From: an uncultured Chloroflexia bacterium
Lineage (GTDB): Bacteria > Chloroflexota > Limnocylindria > QHBO01
Assembly: GCA_963790255.1 (NCBI GenBank)
Contig: CAWBOA010000014.1
Coordinates: 96,843 to 160,842, forward strand
Length of the DNA stretch: 64,000 nucleotides
Reading direction: 5' to 3'
In this document: positions 59,604-64,000 of the stretch, one piece after another
Position numbering within the stretch: the stretch's first letter is position 1
Layout of the letters: every line of letters starts with the position of its first letter
Program-made: the position numbers and the translations under genes
Notes under the pieces: generated by a model
Database searches by the model: none
The model's input: the letters and a program-made list of their open reading frames with translations, nothing else
Told to the model about the DNA's origin: nothing

Positions 59604-59612
59604 GGGGCCATC

Positions 59613-59819
59613 CTACCGAAGGCCCGACACGAGTGTGAATGCCAGCAAGGGCGCCACGAGCAGCCCAAGCCCGGCAGCCAGGAGGTACCAGTCTCGCGCC
59701 GCGCGACGATCTGCGACGCCCCGGCGCTGCAGGCCACCGGTCCACCAGCGCACCGCGGAGAGGCCGAGCACGTACAGCGCCGCCGCAAGGCCGACGACGC
59801 CGATGACGAACGGGCGCAC
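59613..59819 (-). CDS. small 2-TM membrane protein (68 aa, GTG start)
   Basis: VRPFVIGVVGLAAALYVLGLSAVRWW...LLAAGLGLLVAPLLAFTLV. Confidence 0.25.
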   Translation of the reverse strand: MRPFVIGVVGLAAALYVLGLSAVRWWTGGLQRRGVADRRAARDWYLLAAGLGLLVAPLLAFTLVSGLR

Positions 59820-59947
59820 CTCGACACAGTCACCGAAGGCGAGCGGGCCGCCACCCGGGCAGGGCGCGCGGAGCTCGAGCGCGACGGCGACGACGGCCAG
59901 GCCGATGACGACGGCCGACCAGGCAAGGTGTCCCGCGAGCGACCGGC

Positions 59948-60535
59948 TCAGCGGCGGGCGAGCTCGCTGCTGCGACGCCCGGCCTCAGCCGCCTCGCGCT
60001 GGGTAATGCGGCGGAACTCGAACCAGAGGTACACGCTGGCGAGCAGCCCGAGCCCGGCGACGATGACGCCGAAGGCGATCCCCTGGAGCGGGAACCGGAG
60101 CGGCCAGAACGAGCCGCCCGCCAGGTTGAACGCCATCAGCGGGATGATGATGAGCACCGTCAACAGGTAGTTGAGCAGGACGAAGATCCGGATCGCGGAC
60201 CAGCCGAGGCCACGCCGGCCACGCGCCGCCTGGGCCAGCAGCCCGAGGATGATGATGAGCGCGAAGCTCGTCATGCCAACGCCGTTGGCGATGAGGAAGC
60301 CGACGTCCTCGCTGAAGCGCAGGAACGGGATCTCGACCGTGACGAGGTAGTACACGTAGTTCGAGATGTAGAAGACGATGAAGTAGATGAAGAGGAAGAG
60401 CGGGACGCCCTTGAGCACCGCGACCAGCCACGTCTCGTGGCCGTACAGCATCCAGCTCATGAAGTCGTCGGCCCGGCTCAGCAGCTTGTTCAGCCCGCCC
60501 TTGGGCCGATAGACCGGATACGACGTCGTGCTCAT
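59948..60535 (-). CDS. 4-TM membrane protein of unknown function, last gene of the b6c operon
   Basis: 195 aa; 7 nt downstream of the dihaem cytochrome c stop. Confidence 0.5.
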   Translation of the reverse strand: MSTTSYPVYRPKGGLNKLLSRADDFMSWMLYGHETWLVAVLKGVPLFLFIYFIVFYISNYVYYLVTVEIPFLRFSEDVGFLIANGVGMTSFALIIILGLLAQAARGRRGLGWSAIRIFVLLNYLLTVLIIIPLMAFNLAGGSFWPLRFPLQGIAFGVIVAGLGLLASVYLWFEFRRITQREAAEAGRRSSELARR

Positions 60536-60541
60536 GGCCCG

Positions 60542-61351
60542 CTACTCCGTCTGGTCGAGCAGGAAGGTGATCAACGCCTGGAGCGCGCTCTCGCCGAGCG
60601 TCCCCTCGGGATGGGGAATCATGCCGGTGGCGTTGCCGTCGTTGTAGTTGACCGCCGAGTCCCGGATCCACTGCTCGAGGAAGACGCGCGGGTCATCCGC
60701 GTAGTCGGCTTCCATCCGGTCGAGGCCCGAGGGAGTCGTGAAGCCGGTCAGGTCGACCAGCCCGCTGCCGATGGTGGAGATGTTCGGACCGGCCGAGGTT
60801 CCGGCCAGGTCGGGCCCGTGGCAGCTGCCGCAGCCGACGCTCGCGAAGACCTCGGCGCCGGCCTCGACCGTGTCGGGCACTTCCTCGGGCGGCGCCTCGG
60901 CCGCCTCCTCGGCCCAGCTCTCGACGAGGGCGACGACGGCATCGATCTGCTGCACGTTGAGCGAGCCGCCGACCTCGGCGCTCCAGGCTGGCATCGGCGA
61001 GTTCACGTTGCCGGAGACGACGACGCCCCCATAGCTCACGGCGAGATGGACGTAGTTCGGGTTCGTTCGCAGCTTGTCGGCGAGGGACGCGGTATGGAGG
61101 GATGGCGCCAACCGGCCGTCGGGGTCGTTCGGGATCGGTCCGCCCTCTCCCTCGTCGCCATGGCAACGGGCGCAGCCCGCGGCCGCCGGCTCGGTGTCGT
61201 CCTCGCTGAAGACGACCGCGCCGTAGGCGAGGAGCTCCTCCTCGTGCTCCGTGTCGATCGACGCTCGGCGGGCGTTGTCAGTGACCCAGTACAGCATCGT
61301 GGCAGCCGACAGCGCGACGAGGAGGACCACGCCGAGCGTCTTGAGGCGCAT
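60542..61351 (-). CDS. dihaem c-type cytochrome with N-terminal TM anchor (bc-complex cytochrome c subunit)
   Basis: Two CxxCH motifs (CARCH, CGSCH); N-terminal TM VVLLVALSAATMLYW. Confidence 0.85.
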   Translation of the reverse strand: MRLKTLGVVLLVALSAATMLYWVTDNARRASIDTEHEEELLAYGAVVFSEDDTEPAAAGCARCHGDEGEGGPIPNDPDGRLAPSLHTASLADKLRTNPNYVHLAVSYGGVVVSGNVNSPMPAWSAEVGGSLNVQQIDAVVALVESWAEEAAEAPPEEVPDTVEAGAEVFASVGCGSCHGPDLAGTSAGPNISTIGSGLVDLTGFTTPSGLDRMEADYADDPRVFLEQWIRDSAVNYNDGNATGMIPHPEGTLGESALQALITFLLDQTE

Positions 61352-61354
61352 CGG

Positions 61355-62011
61355 TCAGCCCGTGCAGTGCTGCATGTCGGTCGGGACGCGGGTGTCGAAG
61401 GTGATCGTGCCGGGCGGCGGCCCGTTGACGAGTTCCGCGGTGTTCACGACGTAGACGTCGCCGTTCATCGTGATCGGGAAGCGATCCATGCCGCGCGGCG
61501 CCGGGCCGTCACGCTTCTCGCCGAGGACGGTGTACTTGGAGCCGTGGCAGAGGCACTCGAACCACTGGCTGACGCCGCACAGCTGCGGGACCTGGCAGCC
61601 GAGGTGCGGGCATTTGCGGTACAGCGCCATCACCGAGCGGTCCTCGGGAGCCAGCTCGTCGCCGACGTCGGTGCCCGGATCCGGGATCGGCTCAGCCACC
61701 GTGCCCTCGCCCTCGACGAGCGCCTTTGCGGCGGGCACGTTGACGAAGAAGAAGTTCGCCTGGTTGTAGATGTACGGCAGCCCTTCGGCCCACTGCGGGA
61801 ACAGGCTGTTGACGTCCTCGGCCGTGCCGAGCTGGATCTCGGCACCAAGCCCCTCGGTCAGGTTCGGCCACAGGAACCAGAGCGTGGCGCCGATGAACTC
61901 GAGCGAGAGCACGCCGATGCCGACGCCGAGCATGCGGCGCATGAATGAGCGCCGGCTGATCTCGCCCTCGCGCGGCCCGTGGACCGGGCCGTAGGCCGTG
62001 TGCTGCGTCAT
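61355..62011 (-). CDS. Rieske iron-sulfur protein of the b6c/bc complex
   Basis: From MTQHTAYG: Tat motif SRRSFMRRMLGVGIG; CPHLGCQVP...CLCHGSKY. The listed ORF 61355..62473 is fused in frame to the upstream subunit IV N-terminus. Confidence 0.85.
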   Translation of the reverse strand: MTQHTAYGPVHGPREGEISRRSFMRRMLGVGIGVLSLEFIGATLWFLWPNLTEGLGAEIQLGTAEDVNSLFPQWAEGLPYIYNQANFFFVNVPAAKALVEGEGTVAEPIPDPGTDVGDELAPEDRSVMALYRKCPHLGCQVPQLCGVSQWFECLCHGSKYTVLGEKRDGPAPRGMDRFPITMNGDVYVVNTAELVNGPPPGTITFDTRVPTDMQHCTG

Positions 62012-62473
62012 AGGTTGAAGAAGAGTCCGTCCCAGGGCCAGACCCAGTTCCAACCCGGGCCGCGGAAGAACGAGCCGATGAAGGTCGTGATCAGGCCGCC
62101 GATCATCAGGCACAGGAAGACGACCCACATGAGCTTGCGGTCGCGGGCGGCCTTGTACGGGGTGCGATCGATGTACGGGATCAGCATCAGGCCACCGAGG
62201 TAGACGGGGATGACGAGCACGCCGGCGACGGTGGCGTTGAAGTAGCTCAGGATCTCCTGCAGCCCGAGGAAGTACCACGGCGCCTTGGCGACGTGCGGGG
62301 TGACGGCCGGGTTCGCCATCTCCTCGAGCGGCGCCCGGATGCAGACGCAGGTAACGACCAGCAGGCAGCATGATCAGGCTCGCCATCACGAACTCGGCAC
62401 GCAGGAGATGCGGCCAGGTCAGGAGCGTCTCGTCGGGGCGCTTGTCGACCCGGACCATCGACTCCTGCTTCAC
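62008..62473 (-). CDS. cytochrome b6c complex subunit IV (PetD / cytochrome b C-terminal-domain homologue); 1-nt frameshift near 62357
   Basis: N-terminal MKQESMVRVDKRPDETLLTWPHLLRAEFVMASLIML; out-of-frame continuation ...PAVTPHVAKAPWYFLGLQEIL (the PEWY-like motif) ...WNWVWPWDGLFFNL. Confidence 0.75.
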
Positions 62474-62643
62474 GTAGGCGAGCAGGCGGAATCGCTCCGT
62501 GCCGGGGACGCCGGGCGGGCCCGGCAGCTTCGGGCCGGTGCCCGGCGAGCGACGATCGGCGCGCGCTCGGGCGCCTGGGTCGGGGCGTTCTTGTCCGCCG
62601 TCGCGTTCGGTCGCTTCTCGATCGTCATCGGATCACTCTCAGC

Positions 62644-63381
62644 CTACACCGGACCGCTGATGCCGCCGTCCTTCCGGATCCGCCAGAAGTGGACGACCAG
62701 GAAGATGGCGGTGATGAGCGGGAAGAAGATGACGTGCGCCACGTAGAAGCGCAGCAGCGTCCCCTGGCCGACCTCGATGCCGCCCAGCAGGAAGAAGCTC
62801 GACTCGTCGGCGGCGAGCGGCGCGTAGGTCGCCATCTGCGTGCCGACCGTGATGGCCCAGAACGCGATCTGGTCCCACGGCAGCAGGTAGCCGGTGAAGC
62901 TCAGCGCCAGGGTGAAGAAGAGGAGCAGCACGCCGACGACCCAGTTGAACTCGCGCGGCGGCTTGTAGGCGCCGTGGTAGAAGACGCGGATCATGTGAAG
63001 GAAGACGGTGAGCACCATGAGGTGCGCCGCCCAGCGGTGCATGTTGCGGATGAAATCAGCCGAACGCGATCGAAGCGCTCGATGGCCTGGATGTCCTGGT
63101 AGGCGCGGCTGACCGACGGGACGTAGAAGAACATCAGGTACAGCCCGGTCACGGTCAGGGCCAGGAACAGGAAGAAGCTGATGCCGCCCAGGCAGAAGGT
63201 GTAGGTGTAGCGCACCGCGTGCCGCTTGACGCGCACCGGATGCAGGTGCAGGAAGACGTTGTTCATGACCGCCAGCGCGCGGGTGCGGCTGGTGGTCGGA
63301 TACGGCTGGCGGAAGAGGCTGCGCCACGCGGCCGACTCCTTGATCGCACCGGACGATCGGGTTGCCCTCGCCGTTGCTCAT
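62644..63381 (-). CDS. cytochrome b6 (Bacillus QcrB-like); two frameshifts (~63045 and ~63335)
   Basis: Three frames are needed: [11 protein letters not shown] | [11 protein letters not shown]...[28 protein letters not shown]...[10 protein letters not shown] | [43 protein letters not shown]...GYLLPWDQ...FFPL. Haem-ligand His are conserved. Confidence 0.85.
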   Translation of the reverse strand: MSNGEGNPIVRCDQGVGRVAQPLPPAVSDHQPHPRAGGHEQRLPAPASGARQAARGALHLHLLPGRHQLLPVPGPDRDRAVPDVLLRPVGQPRLPGHPGHRALRSRSADFIRNMHRWAAHLMVLTVFLHMIRVFYHGAYKPPREFNWVVGVLLLFFTLALSFTGYLLPWDQIAFWAITVGTQMATYAPLAADESSFFLLGGIEVGQGTLLRFYVAHVIFFPLITAIFLVVHFWRIRKDGGISGPV

Positions 63382-63890
63382 CGGTCCACCGCCATGCCGG
63401 CCTGCTGGCCGACCTGCCCGAGCACGTTGTCCTTGTAGCTCTCCAACAGAACCTTCCCGTCAGGCGTGAACCGCTCGAGCTCGAGCCGGTCCATGGTGAT
63501 GCAGTTGGTGGGGCAGCGCTCGACGCACAGGTTGCAGCGGATGCAGCGCTCCTCGTCGATGATCATGGCGATGCCGCGCGGCCACGCCTGGAAGAAGTCC
63601 TGCTCCGGGTCGTCACCGCCGACCTGCGCCTTGTCGATCATGTAGATCACGCCCTCGGGGCAGACGTCGGCGCAGAGCCCGCACAGAATACAGCGCGGCC
63701 CGTCGATGTTGATGTTGTGGTTGCACTGGAGGCAGCGCGTGCCCTCGGCGATCGCGCCACGCGTGTCGTAGCCGACCTCGACCAGGCTGGTGAAGTCGCG
63801 GCGCAGCTCCGGCGGCGCCATCGGGATGTGCTGGCGCTCGGTCGCCTCGTAGAAGCGCGGCATGTCGTGGTCGAGGCTCTGGGTGATCAC
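63378..63890 (-). CDS. 2x[4Fe-4S] ferredoxin-domain protein (NuoI-like); reading frame stays open to the window edge, so may be 5'-partial
   Basis: [12 protein letters not shown] and [12 protein letters not shown] cluster motifs, plus CLQCNH. Stop overlaps the cyt b6 ATG (ATGA). The upstream frame has no stop through 64000. Confidence 0.65.
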   Translation of the reverse strand: MITQSLDHDMPRFYEATERQHIPMAPPELRRDFTSLVEVGYDTRGAIAEGTRCLQCNHNINIDGPRCILCGLCADVCPEGVIYMIDKAQVGGDDPEQDFFQAWPRGIAMIIDEERCIRCNLCVERCPTNCITMDRLELERFTPDGKVLLESYKDNVLGQVGQQAGMAVDR

Positions 63891-64000
63891 GGTGCGGTTG
63901 ATGACCGGCAGCTCCTCGAGCTCCTCGCCGCGCAGCCCGGCCAGCCAGCGATCGACCGAGCGCGCGCGGCCCGCCGGCCGAGGCCGGCCGCCTCGATGAT

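Overview
This is high-GC (~70%) bacterial chromosomal DNA, densely coded on both strands. I could support roughly 75 protein genes, two tRNAs (an initiator tRNA-fMet and tRNA-Lys), and a few regulatory hairpins and palindromes. I found no CRISPR array, rRNA, transposase or integrase.

By coordinate, the content is:
- 4.0-7.8 kb: an ABC-2 transporter with three paralogous permeases, an ATPase, and an unannotated 31-codon hydrophobic peptide ORF.
- 8-11 kb: a divergent PDZ + HisKA_3 histidine kinase and a NarL-type response regulator.
- 11-19 kb: a MacB/FtsX-type ABC module with two ATPases and two ~1000-aa permeases.
- 21.1-21.9 kb: a heliorhodopsin gene, with a divergent small membrane-protein gene at 22.0-22.3 kb.
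- 22.5-24.9 kb and 52.4-53.7 kb: two ECF sigma / anti-sigma pairs. One anti-sigma is a TolB-like propeller; the other is fused to a Rieske 2Fe-2S domain.
- 30.2-32.1 kb: an arsenic locus (arsR-arsM, arsC) with an AT-rich palindromic operator and an adjacent 20-codon peptide ORF with 8 cysteines.
- 32.2-40.3 kb: a phosphate island (DUF47-Pit, pstSCAB-phoU-phoP-phoR).
- 43.9-50.5 kb: a complete System I cytochrome c maturation operon (ccmABCDEFGH plus a TPR CcmI-like protein).
- 50.6-51.5 kb: two tandem lipoprotein cupredoxins.
- 59.9-63.9 kb: a Bacillus-type b6c (qcr-like) complex operon: 2x4Fe-4S ferredoxin, cytochrome b6, free subunit IV, Rieske, dihaem cytochrome c and an unknown 4-TM protein.

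A recurring technical signal is at least 13 single-base frameshifts inside otherwise well-conserved genes, many at short homopolymers. This most plausibly reflects residual indel errors in the assembly rather than pseudogenes.

The most unusual candidates are the ABC / peptide / two-component block, the Cys-rich peptide beside the ArsR operator, the Rieske-fused anti-sigma, a 580-bp ORF-free stretch next to tRNA-Lys flanked by a 16-bp direct repeat, and the respiratory b6c / cupredoxin / Ccm island.
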